From the NCBI GenBank assembly GCA_963664195.1, contig OY760907.1:1472001-1536000 (forward strand): DNA of 64,000 bases, in the 5' to 3' direction. This DNA comes from an uncultured candidate division Zixibacteria bacterium (lineage in GTDB: Bacteria > Zixibacteria > MSB-5A5 > GN15 > FEB-12). A program made the translations under genes and the position numbers. Positions 49,200 to 58,301 of this stretch are shown one piece after another. The notes beneath the pieces were generated by a model. The model ran no database searches, was not told the DNA's origin, and saw only the letters and a program-made list of their open reading frames with translations. Numbering within the stretch: position 1 is the first letter of the stretch; each line of letters begins with the position of its first letter.

Positions 49200-50636
49200 G
49201 TGAATTCCACGATTACACATACACGCAACGGCTTTGCGTTCAACGGCAGGGTGTTGTCGTTTTATCTGATTGCGGCGGGGCTTTGTGTGGCTGCCGGCAT
49301 CGTGTTCCTGTTGCTGAACAAACCGATACAGTACGCTGCGATGGCGGTCGGGCTGCCGATAGCGGTCTTCGTCGTGGTGCAGCCGAGGCTGGCATTGTTC
49401 CAGTTTGTGTTCTTTCTGTTTATCGAGTACATGGTCTTTGCTATACCGCTGTATCTGATCGATTTCAGTGCCGCTCTGGTTATTATAGCCGCCGTAATCG
49501 ACATCCTGTCGGGGGGACGGTTCCCTTCGCGAATACCCCGATTCACGTGGAACCTCGCTTACGTGATCATGGCGATTATCGTATGCGGTTTGTTTTCCTA
49601 CTGGCCGCAATTGGCGGTAATTCGTATACTTACATTTGTATTTCTCACCACCACCTTTCTCTCACTTGTCCGGTTGAGCCGGTGGGTTCCTCTGTCATCC
49701 ATGATAAACTGGTACTTCGTCCTGGCCGTACTGCACTGCATTTACGTTTTGGCCCCTTTCGTGATGAGCGGCGGGACCATTCGCTCGTTTGGTCTGTCGA
49801 ACGTGCTTTTCGATGATATCAGTCTCGTTGCTCTGCCGGTGGGACTGTCGCTCTATTTTGGAGCGAAGCGGGGGTACAGCATCTACTACCTGGCAGGAAC
49901 TGCCATCGTGCTGGGTGGACTGATCGCCACACAGTCTCGCCTTTCGATCATGTTCGGTCTGCTTGCGGCAGCATTCGTGGTATTCGTGGCTTTTCGTAAG
50001 GCGAGAAAAGGGAGAGACGCTTTCAGTCGTCTTGTAGTAGTCCGATCCAGGGTGTTCATTGTCGCGGGAATCGGCATGATTGCGGTAGCGTCGGTGGCGG
50101 CGGGCAGTCTGTTTACAGATGTGATAGCGCGCTTCGAGCAACTGTTGAACCCGGATCCTCGGTTCAGCAGCGCGCTTTACCGTATCTACCTGTGGAAGAA
50201 AGCCATTGTCGCATTTGTCGATCACCCGATCTTCGGTGTTGGACCCGGCGGATATCGCCATCTGTACGATTTGTACCCTGAGCTGCGGATGTCGTTTTTC
50301 TACCATATGCTGCGTACGCTCGGAGCGCACAATGCCTTCCTGCAGTATCTGGCCACAATGGGACTGGTTGGTGGAGCGGGAATCATTGCTCTGACGATCA
50401 ATAAGTACCGAACTGCCGTGCGCATTTGGGAGTGTGTTGATCAGGAGACGTTTGGGCCGGTGCTGGCCCTCTTTTCATGGGCATTTGTTTTTGCGGTGAC
50501 CATATTCATAGAGGCCGGTTGGCTGTGGGGACAGCTCAGTTTCCTGATGGTCTTCTTCGCCGCCATGATCGCACGGCAATACGCACGGATCGAGTCTCGC
50601 GACGAGGCCGCCGACTCCCCTCCCACATCCTCCTAA
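49200..50636 (+). CDS. O-antigen ligase/Wzy_C-family membrane protein
   Basis: About 12 TM helices, TQSR, R..LW...HPIFGVG.G, AHN motif. Confidence 0.85.
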   Translation: MNSTITHTRNGFAFNGRVLSFYLIAAGLCVAAGIVFLLLNKPIQYAAMAVGLPIAVFVVVQPRLALFQFVFFLFIEYMVFAIPLYLIDFSAALVIIAAVIDILSGGRFPSRIPRFTWNLAYVIMAIIVCGLFSYWPQLAVIRILTFVFLTTTFLSLVRLSRWVPLSSMINWYFVLAVLHCIYVLAPFVMSGGTIRSFGLSNVLFDDISLVALPVGLSLYFGAKRGYSIYYLAGTAIVLGGLIATQSRLSIMFGLLAAAFVVFVAFRKARKGRDAFSRLVVVRSRVFIVAGIGMIAVASVAAGSLFTDVIARFEQLLNPDPRFSSALYRIYLWKKAIVAFVDHPIFGVGPGGYRHLYDLYPELRMSFFYHMLRTLGAHNAFLQYLATMGLVGGAGIIALTINKYRTAVRIWECVDQETFGPVLALFSWAFVFAVTIFIEAGWLWGQLSFLMVFFAAMIARQYARIESRDEAADSPPTSS

Positions 50637-50650
50637 CACACAGAATCATC

Positions 50651-50679
50651 TTGACTTAGCATAACACTTTTGCTATCTT
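50651..50679 (+). promoter_or_regulatory. Candidate sigma70 promoter for the precursor/TPR-activator operon
   Basis: TTGACT-N17-TATCTT. Confidence 0.55.
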
Positions 50680-50798
50680 AAAAGTGCCAAGGGTTGCCTT
50701 CACCCTTGTCCCCTCGCATGCTTTTGTAAAAAATCGCCGTACACAAATTAAGGGATATTTACGTCTTCTTTTCAACCCACTTAACCAAGGAGTGTGTC

Positions 50799-51173
50799 AT
50801 GAGAAGTGTCTTTACCGTAGTGACCCTGATGCTAGTGCTTGTGCTTGTCACAGGTGGTGGTGTCTCGGGGTTAGATCGTTTTTACATCGAGGATAGTCAT
50901 GGGTCTGATGCCGGCGGCACAACCGGCGGCTGCACGCCTTCCGGCGACGACCACCCGTGGGGTGGTGAGGAAGGTACTTCCGACCCGGACGGTTTGTCGA
51001 CGACACCTCAAGTTTCCCCGACCGGTCCAAGTTTGTTTGACTTCCTGATTACGAAGCTGGTGCTCTGGTACCTTCCGGAACCCGCGCCCGCGATCAATGC
51101 CCAGGATAATGCTGCCGCTGTTATCAGCGACAGTCGAGTCAACTCAACTTCAAGCCGTTGGGACGGGAGATAA
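50799..51173 (+). CDS. Small secreted protein, candidate signalling-peptide precursor
   Basis: RBS AAGGAG; signal peptide; low-complexity acidic G/S/T/D region with GDDHPWGG; stop overlaps next start (TAATG). Confidence 0.75.
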   Translation: MRSVFTVVTLMLVLVLVTGGGVSGLDRFYIEDSHGSDAGGTTGGCTPSGDDHPWGGEEGTSDPDGLSTTPQVSPTGPSLFDFLITKLVLWYLPEPAPAINAQDNAAAVISDSRVNSTSSRWDGR

Positions 51174-53434
51174 TGAGGAAGCAAAAAGATAATGGCAATG
51201 CCTTCTGCGAGTCAGTGGCGTCTTTTATGACGTCGCTGATCGAAAAGCGGGATTTTGCCGGGGCTGTCAGCTACTACGAGTCAAATCGTACGCTGGTAGC
51301 CAAGGTCGGTGGTCACTGGGCAGGCAAGATCCTGCACCAGACCGCTAAGGCCTATGCTTCCCTCACTAACTACCCGTCGGCGCTCAAGGCAGCGCGTACC
51401 GCCCAGGCGGTTGTGTCTGAAGAAGGCGACAGCGTTCTTCTGGCCAACATCTTTGTGACCCTGGGAGGTATCCTTCGTGACAGTGGTGAGTTTGTGGAAG
51501 CACAAAAGGCATTCCGCGATGCAGAATCGATTTTCAGGCGCAACGATTGTCCCGAGGGGCAGTCGCGGGCGCTGAACCTTCTGGCAGGCCTGTACTTCAG
51601 ACGTACAGATTACCGTAACGCCCTGTCAGTGCTAATGGATGCTGTCGAGATCGCAAAGAAACTCGACGACAACCGGAAACTTGCCTACATGATGGGCAAC
51701 GTCGGCCGCCTTCACACCTTCATGGGTGACTTTCCGCAAGCCGAACGTCATCTGCAGATCAATATCGATCTGTCGGTGAAGCTTAATGACAAGCTGGAGG
51801 TTGCTCGCGCGCGTCTGTCGCTCGGTTACGTTTACCTTCAGCAGGGACAGCACGACCGGAGTCGCGACGAGTTCGAGAAGGCTCACGCATTGATCCAGAA
51901 GCTTGGCGCCAAGCGCGAAGAGATCATGTACCTGACGTACATCGGCGAGTTGGCCTACCGGACGAACCGTTTCGAGGAATCGAAAGAGGCTCTCGAACAG
52001 GCTGTCATGCAGTCAGAGGAATCGTTCAGCGACCGTTCGCTTGCCGGACGCGCGCTACGTCATCTGGCTGAGCTGTACCTGCGGATGGAGAACTATCGTC
52101 TGGCCGGCAAGACTGCCTCACGGGCGACCGTGATCATGCAGCAGGCCGGTGACTCAGTGGAACTTGGTGCGCTGCTCAAGATCAAGGCTGTCGTCGCTGA
52201 TCATGTCGACAAGCCGGAACGCGCCCGCAAACTCTTCAAGAAGGCGATGGATATTCTGGAAGAGTCAGGGGTGCGCTGGGAAAAGGCGGAAGCTCTGGTT
52301 GCGGCCGGATCCTCGGAATGCTTCAAGGACCGTCAGCGGATGACGTATTTGTTCCGTGCCGAGGAATTCTACGCGAGGGCCAGACTGACACGTCCCCTGG
52401 ACGAGGTCAGTCGGATTATCAGCGGTCTGGGACAGTTCCCCGTGACCTCCGCTGCTCATCTTACGCCGGTCAGAGCGAAGAAAGAGCACGATTACATCAC
52501 TGCCTCTCCAGAGATCAAGAAGATCAAGCATCAACTTCCGCTTCTCGGCCAGAGCGATCTTCCGATCCTGATTACCGGCGAAACCGGAGTCGGCAAGGAT
52601 CACCTCGCGCGATTCTTCCACGCTCAGGTCTGTCCGGAAGCCCCGTACGTGGCGATCAATTGCGCTTCGGTGCCGGAGACGCTGCTTGAGTCGGAGTTGT
52701 TTGGCTACCGCAAAGGTGCCTTCACCGGCGCCGGGCAGGACAAAAAGGGTCTGCTGATTGCGGCTAACGGCGGTGTGCTGTTGCTCGACGAAATCGGCGA
52801 CATGCCTTTGTCGCTCCAGGCGAAACTGCTCGGCGTTCTCGAAAGCCGCAAGGTTATCCCCCTTGGCGGCACCGAGGAAGTCGACATCGACATTAAGCTG
52901 GTAGCCGCCACGAACAGAAACCTTGAAGATATGGTAGAGGAAGGCACGTTCCGCCGTGATCTCTACTACCGCCTCAGTGGCATTACGTTCGAATTGCCAC
53001 CGCTTCGCGAGCGCAAGGAAGATATCCCGCTGCTCCTGGAGCACTTCATGATCCGTCGCGGATTATTGAAGAAAGGCCGGAAACTGCCGGTGGAGCTCCT
53101 GCAGCAGTTTATCGGGTATGACTGGCCGGGCAATGTCCGGGAGCTTGACAACAAGGTCAAGCGACTCGAAGTCATGTCTCAGCTTGTCGCTGAGGGAGAC
53201 CTTGGTGAGGTGGCGCGCTCAATGTTCGAGAACAACCAGCCGGACAATGATCCCGTCAGTCTGTTCGAGCGGGTGGAGCAGTTTGAGCGTCGGTTGATCA
53301 CCGAAGCTCTCCTGGCCGCCGGCGGCAACAAAAGCGAGGCTGCGAGAATGCTCGGCGTCCACGAGGCCACCGTACGCACGAAACTCAAGCGGTATCAGAT
53401 TGCCCTTCCAGAAATGGGGGGTGCTCCGAACTAA
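51173..53434 (+). CDS. TPR-repeat sigma54-dependent enhancer-binding protein (TPR-AAA+-Fis HTH), no REC domain
   Basis: About 430 aa of TPR-like helical repeats; [32 protein letters not shown]. Confidence 0.93.
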   Translation: MRKQKDNGNAFCESVASFMTSLIEKRDFAGAVSYYESNRTLVAKVGGHWAGKILHQTAKAYASLTNYPSALKAARTAQAVVSEEGDSVLLANIFVTLGGILRDSGEFVEAQKAFRDAESIFRRNDCPEGQSRALNLLAGLYFRRTDYRNALSVLMDAVEIAKKLDDNRKLAYMMGNVGRLHTFMGDFPQAERHLQINIDLSVKLNDKLEVARARLSLGYVYLQQGQHDRSRDEFEKAHALIQKLGAKREEIMYLTYIGELAYRTNRFEESKEALEQAVMQSEESFSDRSLAGRALRHLAELYLRMENYRLAGKTASRATVIMQQAGDSVELGALLKIKAVVADHVDKPERARKLFKKAMDILEESGVRWEKAEALVAAGSSECFKDRQRMTYLFRAEEFYARARLTRPLDEVSRIISGLGQFPVTSAAHLTPVRAKKEHDYITASPEIKKIKHQLPLLGQSDLPILITGETGVGKDHLARFFHAQVCPEAPYVAINCASVPETLLESELFGYRKGAFTGAGQDKKGLLIAANGGVLLLDEIGDMPLSLQAKLLGVLESRKVIPLGGTEEVDIDIKLVAATNRNLEDMVEEGTFRRDLYYRLSGITFELPPLRERKEDIPLLLEHFMIRRGLLKKGRKLPVELLQQFIGYDWPGNVRELDNKVKRLEVMSQLVAEGDLGEVARSMFENNQPDNDPVSLFERVEQFERRLITEALLAAGGNKSEAARMLGVHEATVRTKLKRYQIALPEMGGAPN

Positions 53435-53555
53435 GCGCTGTATTTGACATAAGATGTCCTTCGTGACCCTTGTTGATAGAGTATGATATCGCCGGGTTCG
53501 GTGAATCGTACGAAAACTCGTCAGGGGACACGAAAGGCAAGATCACTCCTTGGTT

Positions 53556-53593
53556 ACGGTAAGTGTCTGCTCGTCAGGCACTTACCGTTTTTT
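53556..53593 (+). terminator. Intrinsic terminator after the TPR-activator gene
   Basis: acggtaagtgtctg-ctcgt-caggcacttaccgt followed by T-run. Confidence 0.8.
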
Positions 53594-53720
53594 ATGGAAT
53601 TCGCATTCGTATGAACGTACGAAGTGCCGCAGGCACTTTCTCGTCAACAGGATGCAGTCGCAACCTTAACTCTACGTTTAGCAGCCACTTACGGACGTCA
53701 AAGAGGGGTGCCTGAGGCAC

Positions 53721-53736
53721 TGGCACACGTCTTGCT
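53721..53736 (+). promoter_or_regulatory. sigma54 -24/-12 promoter
   Basis: TGGCAC-ACGTC-TTGCT matches TGGCAC-N5-TTGCW exactly. Confidence 0.85.
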
Positions 53737-53746
53737 AAGGTATAGT

Positions 53747-53849
53747 CTGTCATTCTTACTCCCGAGTGCCGTAGGGTGCTTGGTAGGTCCTCTTTTCTTT
53801 GGTGTGAGGCCGCCCGTTTTCGAGGGGAGAGCGGGCGGTTCTTATTTTT
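53747..53849 (+). ncRNA. Putative sigma54-dependent small RNA (about 100 nt)
   Basis: Bounded by the -24/-12 promoter and a strong hairpin with U-run; no plausible + strand ORF inside. Confidence 0.5.
53808..53849 (+). terminator. Intrinsic terminator
   Basis: ggccgcccgttttc-gaggg-gagagcgggcggtt followed by cttattttt. Confidence 0.75.
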
Positions 53850-53916
53850 CCCATGCTCCCGCCGATAACATATAAAAAGCTGTTTTCTGATTTGGTGAAG
53901 GTGTATTTTGGGGAGC

Positions 53917-54624
53917 ATGAAACATCCAGCCTTAGGACTTATCGAGACTTGCGGCCTCGACAGCGCTCTTGTCGCTATCAAGGCTGCTACCAAAGCGGGC
54001 GATGTCGTGATTGCCTCGGCGGAGCGTTTGGCCTCCGGACATACTACGGTCAAAATCGAGGGGGAATGGACGGTTGTCCAGAAAGCGGTCGAGGCCGGAG
54101 CACGGGCGGTTGATCGCGACGGTGAACTCGTATCGATGCACCTGCTCCCGCGCACCGATGAGGGCGTTCGCGAACTGCTCCCGTACCGTAAGTTTGTGGA
54201 GAAGTATCTCCCGAGCGAGGCCAACGGTGTAGTACCGACACCCAAACGCAGACCAAAGCCCAAAGCGGCCAAGCCACAGCCACAGGCTGCCCCACCAACA
54301 CCGAAACCACAGCCAACGGTTGAGACAGTAGCGCCCGTGACACCTGTGGAGCCGGCACCACCTATACCCGTGGTGACACCTGAGCCGACCTATGAGGCTA
54401 CTCCTCCGGAGACGAAGGCCCCCGAGGTGCGTGACGTGCCTGAGGCACTACCTGTCGTCGACGAACCGACTATCGAGGAGCTTGAGAAGCTATCCGTTGT
54501 CAAGTTGCGACAGTACGCGCGCGGTTTGACCAACCTTCCGATTCAGGGTCGACAGATATCGATGGCTAATAAAGGCCAGCTACTCGACGCGATTCGTGCG
54601 GCTCGCGGGGCAACGACGGGCTGA
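53917..54624 (+). CDS. BMC-domain microcompartment shell protein with Pro-rich linker and C-terminal helical extension
   Basis: ALGLIET.G...AATKAGDV...G....V..AVEAG...H..PR BMC fold; P/E/T-rich linker; C-terminal LSVVKLRQYAR...ANKGQLL. Confidence 0.85.
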   Translation: MKHPALGLIETCGLDSALVAIKAATKAGDVVIASAERLASGHTTVKIEGEWTVVQKAVEAGARAVDRDGELVSMHLLPRTDEGVRELLPYRKFVEKYLPSEANGVVPTPKRRPKPKAAKPQPQAAPPTPKPQPTVETVAPVTPVEPAPPIPVVTPEPTYEATPPETKAPEVRDVPEALPVVDEPTIEELEKLSVVKLRQYARGLTNLPIQGRQISMANKGQLLDAIRAARGATTG

Positions 54625-54925
54625 TTGTCGCGTATAAAGGGTAAGCATACAAGCGCTGGAGGAACGTTTCATGAATCTTCGACCATCATTCGAGATAAAA
54701 TGGTACCACATCCTGTTTGGACTTCTGGGCATTGGCGTGGTGGTATTTGCCGTTTTGCATTTCTATTTCGGCCCTCGCCGGTTGAGCTACTTCCACGAAG
54801 ACGAGACTGATATTGTTGATGTAGAGTAGGGGCTGCGGGGGGCTTTTCCTTTCTCTTGTATGGCGGGTCCGTCTTCGGGCTTGACATCTTTGTGTTTGTA
54901 CCCCATCGCTTGCGGAGGGATCCCG

Positions 54926-55591
54926 CTAGTCGATCTCGTCGCGCAGCTTGGTGAGTAGATCAACTATCATTCGGAGAGTTATCTCCCTGGACTCATCGTC
55001 GCCGGCGACGTACGCGATCAGCAACTCACCACAATCAACCATCATTCGAGGCATCCCAGACTTTGGACTCCATGTCTGGCCGAAGATATCTGGACGAACG
55101 TAGAACTCATACATGATGCCATCCAAGCCGACCCAGTCTTTCGCCGCATACGTGGTCTGCAACAGTACGCCATGCCATGTCTCCATCAATCTTTCGGCGC
55201 AGCCTGTCGGAAGGCTGGCAGTCTGGCGTGTCACAGCGACATCTTTACGAAGGTCTATGACCTGCGTACCATCGCCAGCTTCCCTCCAGTTCCAGATTTG
55301 CTGGTCGGCTTCGGCGTATTCAAGTTCATAGCGAACGCTGTCGCCGCTCTCTTCGGAGACCTTTCTCAGGACAACGGCATATTCTGGCCGAAAGCTTGGT
55401 CGAACAATCATCCAGGCGTCAGGCCAATTGTCATCAATCAACGCCTTGAACACTGTTTGCTCGTAGTCAGTTCGGCTGTGGTCATAGGCGGGTACTGGCT
55501 CCAGGTGATTGAGTTCGTCCTTGGCGAATACTCCAAGACTCGAGATCGCAAGCCATGTCAAAACTCCGAGTAGAATGCGATAACTGAACAC
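54926..55591 (-). CDS. Hypothetical exported protein
   Basis: GTG start with RBS GGAGGG; signal peptide; 221 aa. Confidence 0.6.
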   Translation of the reverse strand: MFSYRILLGVLTWLAISSLGVFAKDELNHLEPVPAYDHSRTDYEQTVFKALIDDNWPDAWMIVRPSFRPEYAVVLRKVSEESGDSVRYELEYAEADQQIWNWREAGDGTQVIDLRKDVAVTRQTASLPTGCAERLMETWHGVLLQTTYAAKDWVGLDGIMYEFYVRPDIFGQTWSPKSGMPRMMVDCGELLIAYVAGDDESREITLRMIVDLLTKLRDEID

Positions 55592-55891
55592 TGTTTCCCT
55601 CCAGTCGGTAGTGTGAGTATGAGTTCGTCCTTACGATAGATAGCCGCATTGTCAAAGGTGAACAAGTGTTTTGAGCCCTGTGCCCCGCCCAGAGCGGAGC
55701 GCAGTGGAGCGTCGGGTGGGAGAATCTGAATCGCGCCGCAAGCGGGTGCGGCACCAAAACAAGAGAAGACACCCTCAAACGGGTGAATGTGTTTGTGATC
55801 GGCTTCTGTCGTGTCGTTTGAGGGTGGCACCCGGAGTTGAGGCTGGATTCTCATCCCACCGCAAGCGGATGGGGCACCAAGGCAGGAAGAG

Positions 55892-55936
55892 CAATCAAGT
55901 GGTGCAGACCTCGACAGGCTCAGGGTGACTTGATTG
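55892..55936. repeat. Half copy of the 95-bp palindromic repeat family
   Basis: caatcaagtggtgcagacctcgacaggctcagggtgacttgattg. Confidence 0.8.
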
Positions 55937-56082
55937 CCTCCTCCCCAAAGGGATTTCGATTGATTTTTGCGTACCTTTGCGTATAATCAAATCTGTTGTA
56001 ATCAGCCGTGCGGTAAGACCTTCGACCAAAACCTCACGCCCGATTCGGACTAAATGAACTATAGCAATTGAAAGCCCTCGAT

Positions 56083-57021
56083 ATGAAGCAGATTCTCGTC
56101 ACCGGCTCTGTGGGCCAAATCGGCTCAGAACTCGTCCACGCCCTCCGCAAACGGTACGGGCACGATATGGTCGTCGCGACCGACATCCGTATGCCCTCCG
56201 ACAAAAACCTCCGCGATGACGGTCCGTTTGAGTTCCTCGACGTTCTCGACCCGCATCATATCACTCGCGTGATGCAGATTCACGATATCGGTACGATCTA
56301 CCACCTCGCCGCCGTGCTCTCCAGTATTGGTGAGTCGCGCCCGAATGTCGCCTGGCAGGTGAACATGAACGGCCTGTACAACATGCTCGAGGCCGCTCGT
56401 CAGTACCAGTGCGCAATGTTTTTCCCGTCGTCGATAGGTGCGTTCGGCCCCACGACGCCGAAAGAGGACACGCCGCAGGACACTCTGCAACGTCCTGATA
56501 CGATCTACGGCGTCACCAAGGTAGCAGGCGAGTTGATCTGTGATTACTATCACAAGCGTTTTGGGACCGATACGCGCGGCGTCCGTTTCCCAGGGTTGAT
56601 TTCCTACGAAACCGAGCCCGGTGGCGGTACGACCGATTATGCGGTGTCGATTTTCTCTGAGGCCAAAAAGCACCAGAAATACACCTGTTATCTGCGCGAA
56701 GATACATCGCTGGATATGATGTACATGGCCGATGCTATCCGTGCGATGATCGACCTGATGGAAGCCGACCCGGAAAAACTGATCCATCGCAACGCCTTCA
56801 ATATCGCCGCGATGAATTTCACACCGGCGCAGCTTGCCGATGAGATCCGCAAACATATTCCGGAATTCGAGATTGATTACGATATTGACCCGGTCCGTCA
56901 GGCTATCGCCGATTCCTGGCCGGACTATATGAACGACTCGGCCGCCCGTGAGGAATGGGGCTGGGCGCACGAGTATGATTTGGCGGCGACCGTCAAGCTC
57001 ATGCTGGAGAAAATCGCTTAG
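56083..57021 (+). CDS. L-threonine 3-dehydrogenase (extended SDR type)
   Basis: TGSVGQIG, HLAAVLS, PSSIGAFG, YGVTK, PGGGTTDYAV; adjacent to kbl. Confidence 0.9.
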   Translation: MKQILVTGSVGQIGSELVHALRKRYGHDMVVATDIRMPSDKNLRDDGPFEFLDVLDPHHITRVMQIHDIGTIYHLAAVLSSIGESRPNVAWQVNMNGLYNMLEAARQYQCAMFFPSSIGAFGPTTPKEDTPQDTLQRPDTIYGVTKVAGELICDYYHKRFGTDTRGVRFPGLISYETEPGGGTTDYAVSIFSEAKKHQKYTCYLREDTSLDMMYMADAIRAMIDLMEADPEKLIHRNAFNIAAMNFTPAQLADEIRKHIPEFEIDYDIDPVRQAIADSWPDYMNDSAAREEWGWAHEYDLAATVKLMLEKIA

Positions 57022-57071
57022 GGGATTGCTTCGGCGCGAAACAGATTCATTTTTGATCAGGGGAATAGAAC

Positions 57072-58301
57072 ATGCCACTGGATAGATTTGCACAGGATTT
57101 GAAAGCCGGAGTCGATGAACTCATCGCCGCCGGAACGGCCAAGGGTGCCGAACATGTTGTCACCGAAGTCATCAGGCCGTCAGGCGAAAAAGGCCCGCGC
57201 GTTCTGCTCGAGGGTCACGGCGACAAGCAGTTCGTCCGCATGAACTCCAACTCTTACCTCGGCATGGCGCTGCGTGAGCCGGTGCTCAAAGCCGAGGAAG
57301 CTGGCGCGGCCAAGTACGGTGTGGGGCCGGGCGCGGTGCGGTTCATCAGCGGGACGTACGTTCCCCATGTCGAACTCGAAAAGAAACTCGCCAAATTCCA
57401 CGGTCGCGAAGCCTGCATGATCACCTCGGCCGCGTACACATCAGTAATGGGCGTAATCGCCACGCTGGCGACGCCGGAAACGATCATCATCTCCGACGAG
57501 TTGAACCACAATTGCATCATCAACGCCATGAAGCTGTCTCGTCCCAAAGGGAAAAAGGTTTACAAGCATGTAGATATGGCGATGCTTGAGGAACAGATCA
57601 AGGCCTCGATAGGCGAATGCGACAACTTGATCGTTGTCACGGACGGTGTGTTCTCGATGCGCGGTGTGTACGCTCCGCTGGAGAAGATTTGCGCCCTGGC
57701 GAAAAAGTACAACGATCAGTTTCCGAAGGATATCGTGGTGATGGTCGATGATTCTCACGGAGTTGGCGCGCTCGGCAAGAACGGACGCGGTACCGAAGAA
57801 CTGTGTGCGGCTGAGGGTGTGGATGTTCTGGTGGCGACGCTCGGTAAAGCGCTGGGTGTGAACGGCGGATATGTGGTATCTAAGAAAGAAGTGATCGACT
57901 TCCTTCGGGAAAAAAGCTCGTTCTATATTTACACCAACCCGATTACGCCGTCGGAGGCAACTGCCGCGATTGCCGCACTGGAACTGCTTGATTCCGACGA
58001 AGGCAAGAAGTTGCTTGAGCACTTGGCGGCAATGACGCAGAAGTTTGAGAAGGGTCTGGTTGATCTTGGTTACGAGACGCTGTCCAGCCCGCATCCGGTG
58101 ACGCCGCTGATGATCCGTGACACAGAACGCACGACGAAGTGTGTGAATTTCCTTCGCGAGAACGGCGTCTTGGCGACGGGGTTGAATTTCCCGGTGGTGC
58201 CGAAGGGTGACCAGTCGATCCGGTTCCAGGTTTGCGCGGACCACACGCCGTACGATATCGAGTATGTGCTGGACGTTCTGGAGAAGTTCAAGGATCAGTA
58301 G
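57072..58301 (+). CDS. kbl: 2-amino-3-ketobutyrate CoA ligase (glycine C-acetyltransferase)
   Basis: NSYLG, AVRFISGT, DELNH, DGVFSM, DDSHG, TLGKA; paired with threonine dehydrogenase. Confidence 0.88.
   Translation: MPLDRFAQDLKAGVDELIAAGTAKGAEHVVTEVIRPSGEKGPRVLLEGHGDKQFVRMNSNSYLGMALREPVLKAEEAGAAKYGVGPGAVRFISGTYVPHVELEKKLAKFHGREACMITSAAYTSVMGVIATLATPETIIISDELNHNCIINAMKLSRPKGKKVYKHVDMAMLEEQIKASIGECDNLIVVTDGVFSMRGVYAPLEKICALAKKYNDQFPKDIVVMVDDSHGVGALGKNGRGTEELCAAEGVDVLVATLGKALGVNGGYVVSKKEVIDFLREKSSFYIYTNPITPSEATAAIAALELLDSDEGKKLLEHLAAMTQKFEKGLVDLGYETLSSPHPVTPLMIRDTERTTKCVNFLRENGVLATGLNFPVVPKGDQSIRFQVCADHTPYDIEYVLDVLEKFKDQ

Noticed and set aside
53592..53753. Minus-strand 53-aa ORF (MTDYTL...) with a GGGAG SD
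   Set aside because: It overlaps the sigma54 promoter and candidate enhancers, has no recognisable features and no minus-strand promoter is evident. It is better explained as the anti-RBS tract of a + strand RNA, though not fully excluded.
53600..53850. 6S RNA, SRP RNA or tmRNA identity for the structured intergenic region
   Set aside because: No SRP domain IV motif and no tRNA-like ends; an internal sigma54 promoter explains the region better.
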